Source of the DNA: Methanobacteriota archaeon
GTDB taxonomy: Archaea; Thermoplasmatota; Thermoplasmata; SG8-5; JACRNV01
DNA length: 64,000 nucleotides
Assembly (NCBI GenBank): GCA_016214785.1
Contig: JACRNV010000028.1
Location: 3,445 to 67,444, forward strand
Direction: 5' to 3'
Below the pieces are notes generated by a model. That model did no database searches and was not told where the DNA came from. It saw only the letters and a program-made list of their open reading frames with translations. This document shows positions 56,065-64,000 of this stretch, piece after piece (within the stretch, counting starts at the first letter, position 1; the number at the start of each line of letters is the position of its first letter). Both the position numbers and the translations under genes were made by a program.

Positions 56065-56529
56065 ATGGACAAGGACATGAAGCTCCCGCTCATCGAGAAC
56101 GGCAGCGTGATCGATCATATCGATTGCGGCATGGCCATCAAGGTGCTGAGGATCCTCGGGCTCACGTCCGGCGAGCCCGAGCAGACGGTCACAGTGCTCA
56201 TCAAAGCTGCCAGCCGAAAGCGCAAGTGGAAGGACATCGTGAAGGTCGAGGGGAAGGAGCTCAAGCCGCGCGAGGTGAACCAGATCGCGCTCGTGGCGCC
56301 GCACGCCACTATAAACATCATTAGAAACCACACGGTTGTGAAAAAGATAACGCCCGCGCTCCCCGACGACGTGAAGGGCATCGTGAAGTGCACCAACCTG
56401 TCATGCATATCGAACCTCAACGAGCCGATAGAGCCCTCGTTCAAGGTCGAGTGCCGCGAGCCCGTCAAGCTGCGCTGCCACTACTGCGACAGGGTCGTGG
56501 AGGACCCGGGTTCGCATCTGATAGAGTGA
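56065..56529 (+). CDS. pyrI: Aspartate carbamoyltransferase regulatory subunit.
   Basis: It is immediately downstream of pyrB, preceded by the strong RBS GGGAGGTGGA. The C-terminal zinc domain is CTNLSCIS...CHYCD. Confidence 0.85.
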   Translation: MDKDMKLPLIENGSVIDHIDCGMAIKVLRILGLTSGEPEQTVTVLIKAASRKRKWKDIVKVEGKELKPREVNQIALVAPHATINIIRNHTVVKKITPALPDDVKGIVKCTNLSCISNLNEPIEPSFKVECREPVKLRCHYCDRVVEDPGSHLIE

Positions 56530-56606
56530 GCCGCCGCACGACCTGCCTTGAGATTGGACGAGTCTCGCGCGTATTTTTGTAGCTGAAGCTCCATCCTGGC
56601 AGGACC

Positions 56607-57722
56607 ATGACCGAAGGCCCTCAAGCGTGCACTGACAATCCGCGAAGGAAGGGCCTCTCCTTCCTAGACCGGTACCTGACGCTCTGGATATTCATCGCGA
56701 TGGCGCTCGGCATCGGGCTTGGCTATGCTTTGCCGGACATATCGGACGGTCTCAACGCACTGAAGATTGACACGGTTTCCCTGCCGATAGCCATCGGCCT
56801 CCTCGTCATGATGTACCCGCCGCTGGCCAAGGTCCATTACGAGGACCTGAAAAAGCTCAGGGGGGCGAAGAGGATGTTCTCGGCGTCGCTCTTCCTCAAC
56901 TGGGTCGTCGGGCCGCTGCTGATGGTCGCGCTCGCCTGGCTTTTCCTGCCGGAGCCGTCGATGGCGCCCTACCGCTGGGGGCTCGTCCTGGTCGGGCTGG
57001 CGCGGTGCATAGCCATGGTTCTGGTATGGAACATGCTCGCGGACGGAGACTGCGACTACTGCGCCGTCCTTGTGGCGCTAAATTCCATCTTCCAGATTGC
57101 GATGTATTCAATTTTAGCTTACGCATACATCACGCTCCTCACGCCCGTCATATCGCCTGGCTCGCAGGCCATCGTGGTAAGCATCAGCATCGTGGGCATC
57201 GCAAAGAGCGTGGCGATATTCCTCGGCATCCCGTTTCTCGCCGGCTTCCTTACATGGTACCTGCTCGCCAGGCGCAAGGGGCTCGAGTGGTACGACAGGG
57301 TATTCGCCCCGAAGATAAGCCCGCTGGCGCTCATCGGCCTGCTTTTCACCATCGTGGTCATGTTCGCCATCCAGGGGGAGAAGATAATCGGCAACCCGCT
57401 CGACCTCGTGCGCGTGGCAATACCGCTGGTTGTATATTTCCTCCTGATGTTCTTCGCAAGCTTTGCGCTATCGCACAGGCTGGGGTTCAGCTACGCGCAG
57501 GGCGCGACCCAGTCCTTCACGGCGGCTAGCAACAACTTCGAGCTGGCGATAGCCGTGGCCATAGGCACCTTCGGGATAACGTCGGGCGAGGCATTCGCAA
57601 CAGTCATCGGGCCGCTGATGGAGGTGCCGGTGCTCATCGGACTGGTGAATGTCGCGCTGTGGATAAGGAAGCGGTACTACGGGGCGGACGGGATGCCGAA
57701 GAAAGGATTGAATGCCCGCTAA
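56607..57722 (+). CDS. arsB: Arsenite efflux transporter of the ACR3 family.
   Basis: The N-terminal LSFLDRYLTLWIFIAMALGIGLGY is the characteristic ACR3 signature. About 10 TM helices are predicted. Confidence 0.8.
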   Translation: MTEGPQACTDNPRRKGLSFLDRYLTLWIFIAMALGIGLGYALPDISDGLNALKIDTVSLPIAIGLLVMMYPPLAKVHYEDLKKLRGAKRMFSASLFLNWVVGPLLMVALAWLFLPEPSMAPYRWGLVLVGLARCIAMVLVWNMLADGDCDYCAVLVALNSIFQIAMYSILAYAYITLLTPVISPGSQAIVVSISIVGIAKSVAIFLGIPFLAGFLTWYLLARRKGLEWYDRVFAPKISPLALIGLLFTIVVMFAIQGEKIIGNPLDLVRVAIPLVVYFLLMFFASFALSHRLGFSYAQGATQSFTAASNNFELAIAVAIGTFGITSGEAFATVIGPLMEVPVLIGLVNVALWIRKRYYGADGMPKKGLNAR

Positions 57723-57728
57723 GGGATC

Positions 57729-58712
57729 CTATATCCACTCCTTTATCTTCTCCAGGTCTTCCTCGGTGTAGCAGGTCTCTATGCCGCACTTCCTCGCGCA
57801 CTCCGCGCACTTCTTCGGGTCGAACAGCGATGTGCTGATGTACCTTTCCCCGCCGTCGGGGAGGAGGACGACTATGACGCCACGCTCCATCTCCCACGCC
57901 TTCTCCACCGCGACGTGCATGGCCGCGCCCGAGCTGATTCCCGCGAATATGCCCTCCTCCAGCGCGAGCCTCCGGGCCATCTCGAAGGCGTCGTCGTCCT
58001 TTACCTTTACCTTCTCGTCGAGGCGCTTCGGGTCGAATATCCCCGGGACGTACTGAGTGTCCAGGTTCTTGAGCCCCTGTATCTTCGAGCCGGGGTAGGG
58101 TTCGACGGCGACTATCCTGACCGAGGGGTTGATATCCTTGAGCCTCCGGGAGACGCCCATGAGCGTGCCTGTCGTTCCGAGGCCGGCGACGAACATGGCG
58201 ACTTCCCCTTCGGTGTCCTCCCATATCTCCTTCCCTGTCGTCTCGTAGTGTGCCTGCGCGTTGCTGGCGTTGTCGAACTGGTTCGGCCTGAAGTATTTCC
58301 CGGGGCCCTTCGCGACAATCTCCTTCACCAGGTCCTCGGCCCCGTCCATGCCCTTCGTCCCGTCGCTGAGAACTATCTTCGCCCCGTACGACAGCAGTAT
58401 CCTGCGCCGCTCCATGGTCATCGTGGAGGGCATGACGAGCTCGAGCCTGTAGCCCTTTATCGCGCACACGATGGCTAGGCCAATCCCCGTATTCCCGCTC
58501 GTCGGCTCGATGACGACTTTATCCTTCGTTAGCCTACCGTCCCTCTCGGCGCCCTCTATCATGTACTTGGCGATGCGGTCCTTCACGCTGCCGCCGGGGT
58601 TGAAGCGCTCGAGCTTTGCGTATAGCTCGACGTTGGGATTCTTGTTCAGGCGGTTGATGCGCACCATCGGCGTGCGGCCGACCAGATCGAGGATGTTCAG
58701 CGATGCATTCAT
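57729..58712 (-). CDS. cysK: Cysteine synthase / O-acetylserine sulfhydrylase-family PLP enzyme (CysK/CBS-like) with a short Cys-rich C-terminal tail.
   Basis: The PLP-lysine region is GRTPMVRINRL...KLERFNPGGSVKDR, the glycine loop is TSGNTGIGLA, and GTTGT is present. The C-terminal tail is KKCAECARKCGIETC. Confidence 0.8.
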   Translation of the reverse strand: MNASLNILDLVGRTPMVRINRLNKNPNVELYAKLERFNPGGSVKDRIAKYMIEGAERDGRLTKDKVVIEPTSGNTGIGLAIVCAIKGYRLELVMPSTMTMERRRILLSYGAKIVLSDGTKGMDGAEDLVKEIVAKGPGKYFRPNQFDNASNAQAHYETTGKEIWEDTEGEVAMFVAGLGTTGTLMGVSRRLKDINPSVRIVAVEPYPGSKIQGLKNLDTQYVPGIFDPKRLDEKVKVKDDDAFEMARRLALEEGIFAGISSGAAMHVAVEKAWEMERGVIVVLLPDGGERYISTSLFDPKKCAECARKCGIETCYTEEDLEKIKEWI

Positions 58713-58805
58713 GGAAGCTCACAGGCCCAGATGATGGCGAGGTGGTGCAAATAGAATGCCCCGATATGTACATTATAGTGGGGATTTCGACATTCGCTGC
58801 GCTAA

Positions 58806-58814
58806 TTATATATA
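58806..58814 (+). promoter_or_regulatory. TATA box (ttatatata) about 28 nt upstream of the ATG of the TPR gene, implying a leaderless transcript.
   Basis: The spacing TATA-centre-to-ATG is about 27 nt, the archaeal leaderless geometry. Confidence 0.45.
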
Positions 58815-58837
58815 CGCAGTTCCGATAGCGGCGTTCG

Positions 58838-59974
58838 ATGCCATCCGCGAGGGCCGAGGAGACGTTCAGGAAGGCAAAGGCGGCGTTCGACGAGCGCGCA
58901 TACGACGACTCCGAGAAGCTGTGCAAGGAGGCGCTCGCCCTAGCGGACAAGGAGATGACAAAGCCCGACGCTGCGCGGATGAGGGCCGATATTTTCTGGC
59001 TGCTGGCCGACGTCAAGAACATGAAGGGATCGTGGGTCGACGCCGTCATTTACCTAGATTCCGTGACGCAAGCCTCTTTCGACAGCAACAACACCAAGCG
59101 GGGGACAGAGTCGCTCATCAAGACAGCGACCATACTCAGCAGGAAGGGTAAGCAGAACGAGGCCCTGGCCAAGTTCCAGAAGGCATCGGAGATAGCGCGC
59201 AAGCACAACAACCAGAGGTTCATGGGCAGGGCGGCGTACGGCATCGGCACCGTCTTCTGGAGGCAGGGCAAGTACTCGGAGGCGCTCCTGCAGGCCGAAG
59301 GGGCCGTCACTGTCGGCAAGAAGGAGTCGGACTTCGACCTCCTGGGCCTCGCGTACGGGCTAGTGGCGATGATAAAGAACGACCAGGGGGACTACGACGT
59401 CTGCATCGAGAACTACAACAGGGCGATCGAGGCGCTCGAGCGGACCGACAACTACTACGACCTCGCCAGGCTGCTCAGCAACCTGGGCGAGACATACATG
59501 ACGGAGGGCGATTACGGGAAAGCCGTGAAGATGCTCGCGCGAGGATACGAGGTCGCCGACAAGAGCAGCAACCGCAGGACGATGGGCTACGCGCTCATCA
59601 ACATGGCCGAGTGCTACGTCCGGAGCGGCGACCTGAACATGGCGCGGAGCAAGATAGAGTCCGCGGGTGCGGTCCTGGAGAAGGTTGAGGACAAGTACGC
59701 CAAGACCACGCTCCAGAAGGTCTGGGGCATGATATACGCCAGCCAGGGGGACAGGGAGAAGGCCAACTCGAGCTTCGAGAAGGCAATCGCGTCGATGAAG
59801 GAGCTCGCCATCCCGTACGACACCGGCATGCTCCTGCTCGAGTACGGCAAGGCGCTGAAGAATCAGAGGGATGAACGCGCGAAGGAGATGGTCCAGGCCG
59901 CGATAGAGATATTCGAAGAGGCGGGGGCCAAGACGATGCTTGAGAAGGCTAAGAAGGAATTAACGGGATTATAG
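58838..59974 (+). CDS. TPR-repeat protein, 378 aa.
   Basis: There are about 8 consecutive TPR units (AAYGIGTVFWRQGKYSEALLQAEGA; LARLLSNLGETYMTEGDYGKAVKMLARG; GYALINMAECYVRSGDLNMARSKIE). Confidence 0.65.
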   Translation: MPSARAEETFRKAKAAFDERAYDDSEKLCKEALALADKEMTKPDAARMRADIFWLLADVKNMKGSWVDAVIYLDSVTQASFDSNNTKRGTESLIKTATILSRKGKQNEALAKFQKASEIARKHNNQRFMGRAAYGIGTVFWRQGKYSEALLQAEGAVTVGKKESDFDLLGLAYGLVAMIKNDQGDYDVCIENYNRAIEALERTDNYYDLARLLSNLGETYMTEGDYGKAVKMLARGYEVADKSSNRRTMGYALINMAECYVRSGDLNMARSKIESAGAVLEKVEDKYAKTTLQKVWGMIYASQGDREKANSSFEKAIASMKELAIPYDTGMLLLEYGKALKNQRDERAKEMVQAAIEIFEEAGAKTMLEKAKKELTGL

Positions 59975-60093
59975 ATGTCTTCTCGTGCCTCCATCCAACC
60001 GTCTCTATAACCTCATCACGCAAGTGTATGATTAACAAACTTTTCGTGATTAGGAGTGTAAGGGGTCTGAATGGTCTGCTCGTGATGAAGGGA

Positions 60094-61362
60094 TTACTTC
60101 CTCCTCATCTCGTCGAGCAATTCCTTCGCCCTGTCGATTCTAACCTTCTTCTCCTTCACCATTATCTCAACTATCCTGTCCACTTCCTCGGGCATCGCCC
60201 CCGCCATGACCGCGACGTTCTTCGCGTGCAGGGACATGTGGCCACGCTGTATGCCCTCCGTGCTCAGAGCCCTCAGCGCGGCGAAGTTCTGCGCCAGCCC
60301 GACAGACGCTATCACTTCCGCGAGCTCGTGCGCCTTCGTTATGCCGAGTATCCTGATGTTCAGCTTCGCGACCGGGTGGACGGCGGACGCGCCGCCGATG
60401 ATGCCGACCGCCATCGGCATCTCTAACGTGCCCACGAGGTCGCCGCCATCGCTCTTCTCGTAGCGCGTCAGGGGCTGGTATTTACCGGTGATGGCCGCGT
60501 AGGCGTGCGCGCCGGCCTCGATGGCCCGGTAGTCGTTGCCGGTCGCGAGGACGACGGCGTCGATGCCGTTCATGATGCCCTTGTTGTGGGTCGCGCACCT
60601 GTACGGGTCGGCGGCGGCGAAGGCCCATGCCTTGATTATGCCGTCCACGATTTCCTCGCCGCCGAGCTCCTCCTTCTTCCAGACGGCGGTCGCGCGCGCG
60701 AGCCTGTGCACGGCGAGGTTGGAGATAATCCTGAGGTAGACCTTGCCCCTCGTCAGCTCCTCGAGGTACGGTGCAACGGCCTCGGCCATCGTGTTGACGG
60801 CGTTGGCGCCCATGGCGTCCCGCGTGTCGACGAGCAGATGGACGACTACAAGCTGGCCGGTATGGGATTCCAGTATTCGCGCCTCGACGTCCCTGGCCCC
60901 CCCGCCGAACTTTACCAGCATCGGGTCCATGGCGTTGGCCCTCTCGATTATCTCCTGCTTGTGCGCGAGGACCTCGAACCTGGCGGCGTGGGGGTTCCTG
61001 ACGCCGGTTATCTGTATCTGGCCTATCATCACGGGCTGCGTGGTGCTCGCCCTGAAGCCGCCGCCCGCCCTGGCGAGCTTGGCGGCGTTCGAGGCGGCCG
61101 CGATGACCGACGGCTCCTCAGTGGCCATCGGGACGAAGAGCTCCCTGCCGTTCACGAGGAAATTGGTGGCGTAGCCCATCGGGACGGGGAGAGTGCCGAC
61201 GACGTTCTCCACCATCCGGTTCGCCAGCGCGGGGTCGAGCGCCCCGTAGTTCCCCAGCAGCCTCGCCTCGTCGTCGTTCAGACCGGCGAAGTCCCTGATT
61301 ATTCCCAAACGCTCGATGGCGGTCTTCTTGTAGAACCCGTCGACAGCGGAGGTCTTGCTCAT
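60094..61362 (-). CDS. hmgA: Class-I-type HMG-CoA reductase, 422 aa from MSKTSAVDG...
   Basis: ENVVGTLPVPMG, DAMGANAVN and ATGNDYRAIEAG HMGR motifs are present. The upstream 101-codon in-frame extension of the ORF track was rejected. Confidence 0.85.
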   Translation of the reverse strand: MSKTSAVDGFYKKTAIERLGIIRDFAGLNDDEARLLGNYGALDPALANRMVENVVGTLPVPMGYATNFLVNGRELFVPMATEEPSVIAAASNAAKLARAGGGFRASTTQPVMIGQIQITGVRNPHAARFEVLAHKQEIIERANAMDPMLVKFGGGARDVEARILESHTGQLVVVHLLVDTRDAMGANAVNTMAEAVAPYLEELTRGKVYLRIISNLAVHRLARATAVWKKEELGGEEIVDGIIKAWAFAAADPYRCATHNKGIMNGIDAVVLATGNDYRAIEAGAHAYAAITGKYQPLTRYEKSDGGDLVGTLEMPMAVGIIGGASAVHPVAKLNIRILGITKAHELAEVIASVGLAQNFAALRALSTEGIQRGHMSLHAKNVAVMAGAMPEEVDRIVEIMVKEKKVRIDRAKELLDEMRRK

Positions 61363-61485
61363 GATATCACGCCTCTCGCAATCGCGCCGTGGCATAAATC
61401 CTTTGCCCAACGTGAGCTGCGCAATCGACCGAAAAGCATTTATCGACCCACCAGGTTTGCAGCACGCACATGCCGGAGGGCTAAG

Positions 61486-62682
61486 ATGAAAAGGAACATA
61501 ATCGTCGAGACGCTCAACAGGACACCCATCGAGGAACAGACGACCGAGATCGTGGAGCGCAAGGGCATAGGGCACCCGGACAGCATCGCGGACGGCATAT
61601 CCGAGGCCGTGTCGGTCGGGCTGTGCAAGCTCTACCACGACTGCTACGGCAGGATACTCCACCACAACACCGACGAGACGATGGTCGTCGGCGGGCAGTC
61701 CGCGCCGAAGTTCGGCGGCGGCCAGATGCTCGACCCGATATATATCTTACTCGTCGGGAGGGCGACGACCGAAGTGAACGGCGAGCGCCTCCCGTACAGG
61801 TCCGTCGCCGTGAAGGCGGCTTTCGACTACGTCAAAAGGTACTGCAAGAACCTGAACGCGGACTGGGACGTCATGTTCGACTGCAGGATAGGCCAGGGGT
61901 CGGTCGACCTCCGCGGCGTCTACGAGACGCAGCGCCTCCTCGCCAACGACACGTCGTTCGGCGTGGGCTTCGCTCCGTTCTCCGAGACCGAACTGCTGAC
62001 GCTGAAGACAGAGCAGCTAATCAACGGGAAGCTCAAGAGCTCGCTCCCGGAGGTGGGCGAGGACGTGAAGGTCATGGCGGCTAGGATACACGACGACATC
62101 AGGCTTACAGTCGCCGCGGCAATGGTCGACTCCAAGATCCCCGACAAGGACCACTACATCAGCGTCGTCGAGGAGCTGGGCGAGAAGGTCAAGGAGAACG
62201 CCCACAAGTACACCGACAGGAGCGTGCGCGTGGACGTCAACACCGCCGACGACTACAAGCGCGGCATCTTCTACCTCACGGTCACGGGCCTCTCGATGGA
62301 GAACGGCGACGACGGCTCGGTCGGCAGGGGCAACAGGGCGAACGGCCTCATCACCCCCTACAGGCCCATGAGCCTGGAAGCCACGTCCGGAAAGAACCCC
62401 GTCACCCATGTCGGTAAGATTTACAACCTCCTGTCCATCCGCATCGCCGAGGACATCGCGAAGAAGCTCGACGGCTCGGTCAAGGAGGCGCACGTGCGCA
62501 TCCTGTCGCAGATCGGCAAGCCCATAGACGAGCCGCTCACGGCCAATGTCCAGATCATACCGGAGAAGGGCGCCAACTGGAACAAGGTCAGGACCGAGGC
62601 AGAGTCCATCACCGACGGCTGGCTGGCCGACATAAAGAAGATCACCAAGATGGTCGTCAGCTGCGAGCTGAGGACATTCTGA
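61486..62682 (+). CDS. mat: Archaeal-type S-adenosylmethionine synthetase, 398 aa.
   Basis: MKRNIIVETLNRTPIEEQTTEIVERKGIGHPDSIADGISE is the archaeal MAT N-terminus. GGAGGG lies 6 nt upstream. The long upstream in-frame extension was rejected. Confidence 0.9.
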   Translation: MKRNIIVETLNRTPIEEQTTEIVERKGIGHPDSIADGISEAVSVGLCKLYHDCYGRILHHNTDETMVVGGQSAPKFGGGQMLDPIYILLVGRATTEVNGERLPYRSVAVKAAFDYVKRYCKNLNADWDVMFDCRIGQGSVDLRGVYETQRLLANDTSFGVGFAPFSETELLTLKTEQLINGKLKSSLPEVGEDVKVMAARIHDDIRLTVAAAMVDSKIPDKDHYISVVEELGEKVKENAHKYTDRSVRVDVNTADDYKRGIFYLTVTGLSMENGDDGSVGRGNRANGLITPYRPMSLEATSGKNPVTHVGKIYNLLSIRIAEDIAKKLDGSVKEAHVRILSQIGKPIDEPLTANVQIIPEKGANWNKVRTEAESITDGWLADIKKITKMVVSCELRTF

Positions 62683-62683
62683 C

Positions 62684-63292
62684 ATGGCAAGGCGCGGAGC
62701 GCCTCCCGCTTACGAGACGCACCACGTGCTCGCCGCGTTGTATGCCGTCCAGGACGAGAGCCGCATCGGCAGGAAGGAGCTGGCGCGGCGATTGCTAATC
62801 GGCGAGGGGACATGCCGCGGGGTCGTCGAGGTTCTCAGGGGGCGCGGGCTCGTATCGGTCAGCAAGAGCGGGATAACGCTGTCCCGCAAGGGCAAGTACC
62901 TCATCGACAGCCTGCCTTTCGCGCAGGCGCAGGTCGAGCTCATCGCGCTCGGCCTCTCTGATTACGCCTACGCCATCGCCATGCGCGACCACGCGCGCTT
63001 CGTCCGCACGGGCATCGAGCAGCGGGACGACGCCGTGAAGGCAGGCGCGGTCGGCGCCACTTCGCTGGTATGCGAGAAGGGCCGGCTGCACTTCCCAGAC
63101 CACACGCCCCTGGCAGGGCAGTTCGAGGAGGACGAGGCCCTGCTGATCGCAGGCTTCAGGCCCATGGAAGGGGACCTGATAATCATCGGCTACGGCCGCA
63201 CGGAAGAGTCCGCTAGGCTAGGAGCCTTCGCCGCTGCGGTCGGAGTGATATATACTCCAATACTCTCTGAGGAAACCTGCGCGAAGGATTAA
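62684..63292 (+). CDS. Winged-helix-containing protein of unknown function, 202 aa, starting 1 nt after the MAT stop codon.
   Basis: The wHTH-like segment is ESRIGRKELARRLLIGEGTCRGVVEVLRGRGLV. The C-terminal domain is unrecognised. Confidence 0.4.
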   Translation: MARRGAPPAYETHHVLAALYAVQDESRIGRKELARRLLIGEGTCRGVVEVLRGRGLVSVSKSGITLSRKGKYLIDSLPFAQAQVELIALGLSDYAYAIAMRDHARFVRTGIEQRDDAVKAGAVGATSLVCEKGRLHFPDHTPLAGQFEEDEALLIAGFRPMEGDLIIIGYGRTEESARLGAFAAAVGVIYTPILSEETCAKD

Positions 63293-63341
63293 ATATCGCC
63301 GCGCGCTTCTGGTTGGATAATATATCCAACAGGTGGTGTAA

Positions 63342-63776
63342 ATGCTCTCGAAACCGCAAAAGGCGGCCCTGGCAGTCATCGTCGTGGCATTGCTGGCCAT
63401 GGCGTCGCTATTGCTGGCGCTTCCGATGCTTGAGAAGAAGCCAGCGACCTACTCGGCTGTAGTGGACGTGAAAATCTTCGGGCCTGGCTGGGTGATCGTG
63501 GCCGAGGACGTCGGCATCGACAACGCGACTGTTCTCGTCGCCCTTCAAACCGCAGGGCGGAACTATGGGTTTAACGTAAGCACTACCCACTACACTGGCA
63601 TGGGCGATTTGGTCACTGGGATCAATGGGACATCCGGCAACATGACGCATTTCTGGCTTTACGGAGTGAATGGCGTGTCCGGAGACGTGGGGGCAGACCA
63701 GAAGGTTGTTTATACGGGCGACGTGGTTGTCTGGTGGTACACCGACGACTTCTCCTCCCAGCCTCCGGGGGACTGA
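63342..63776 (+). CDS. DUF4430-domain (transcobalamin-like fold) secreted/lipoprotein-like protein, 144 aa.
   Basis: A signal/TM segment is followed by the DUF4430 signature HFWLYGVNGVSGDVGADQKVVYTGDVVVWWY. Confidence 0.55.
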   Translation: MLSKPQKAALAVIVVALLAMASLLLALPMLEKKPATYSAVVDVKIFGPGWVIVAEDVGIDNATVLVALQTAGRNYGFNVSTTHYTGMGDLVTGINGTSGNMTHFWLYGVNGVSGDVGADQKVVYTGDVVVWWYTDDFSSQPPGD

Positions 63777-63777
63777 G

Positions 63778-64000
63778 TTGGGAGTTCCAAACTGGCTCAG
63801 GTTCAAGCGGAGAGACCTGTCAACGGCCATCGTATTCGTCATCGCGGGAGTATGCGTTCGCCTGGCGCTCCTCGACTTCAACGTGCCGAACTTCGAACCG
63901 GTGATGGCGCTGACGATAATCGCGAGCATGGTGATGCCACTGGCGCTGGCAGTCATAGTCCCGATAGGGATAATGGCGGTCACGGACACGCTGATATACG
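63778..64000 (+). CDS. Polytopic membrane protein, N-terminal fragment with a TTG start. It is possibly an ECF-transporter-like S component partnered with the DUF4430 protein. It is truncated by the window end.
   Basis: (L)GVPNWLRFKRRDLSTAIVFVIAGVCVRLALLDFNVPNFEPVMALTIIASMVMPLALAVIVPIGIMAVTDTLIY consists of hydrophobic helices. Confidence 0.35.
   Translation, partial: MGVPNWLRFKRRDLSTAIVFVIAGVCVRLALLDFNVPNFEPVMALTIIASMVMPLALAVIVPIGIMAVTDTLIY

Overview
This is a high-GC archaeal chromosomal segment. Gene content points to the Thermoplasmata / Methanomassiliicoccales lineage: aIF2-gamma, aIF5B, RFC small subunit, ribosomal L40e and S6e, archaeosine tRNA-guanine transglycosylase, archaeal-type SAM synthetase, class-I HMG-CoA reductase, an AglB-type oligosaccharyltransferase, flotillin/NfeD and PyrBI. 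It is densely coding, with about 57 CDSs, and many adjacent genes share 4-nt ATGA/GTGA/TTGA stop-start overlaps. It holds one intron-containing tRNA-Tyr(GTA), and promoters are archaeal TATA-type. There are few RNA genes, no CRISPR, no integrase and no transposase. Three compositionally atypical AT-rich tracts stand out: an island at 7562-11480 carrying two tandem STAND-like P-loop NTPases; the beta-helix gene at 28.2-31.3 kb; and an islet at 52.1-53.6 kb. Much of the window encodes large, sequon-rich (N-x-S/T) surface proteins: a 2334-aa AglB-like giant, a family-5 solute-binding protein, a tandem beta-helix protein, an M28-peptidase/propeller protein and a membrane-anchored orthocaspase. The most notable unexplained signals are the two-gene NTPase island, a recurring 'RAAATCCTTT ... 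GGGGTCCWAGGGGAATT' intergenic motif upstream of several TATA boxes, a FolC-endonuclease III in-frame fusion, a lysine-only 16-aa micro-ORF with a perfect RBS, and a zinc-ribbon-NfeD-flotillin-Pcc1 gene chain.
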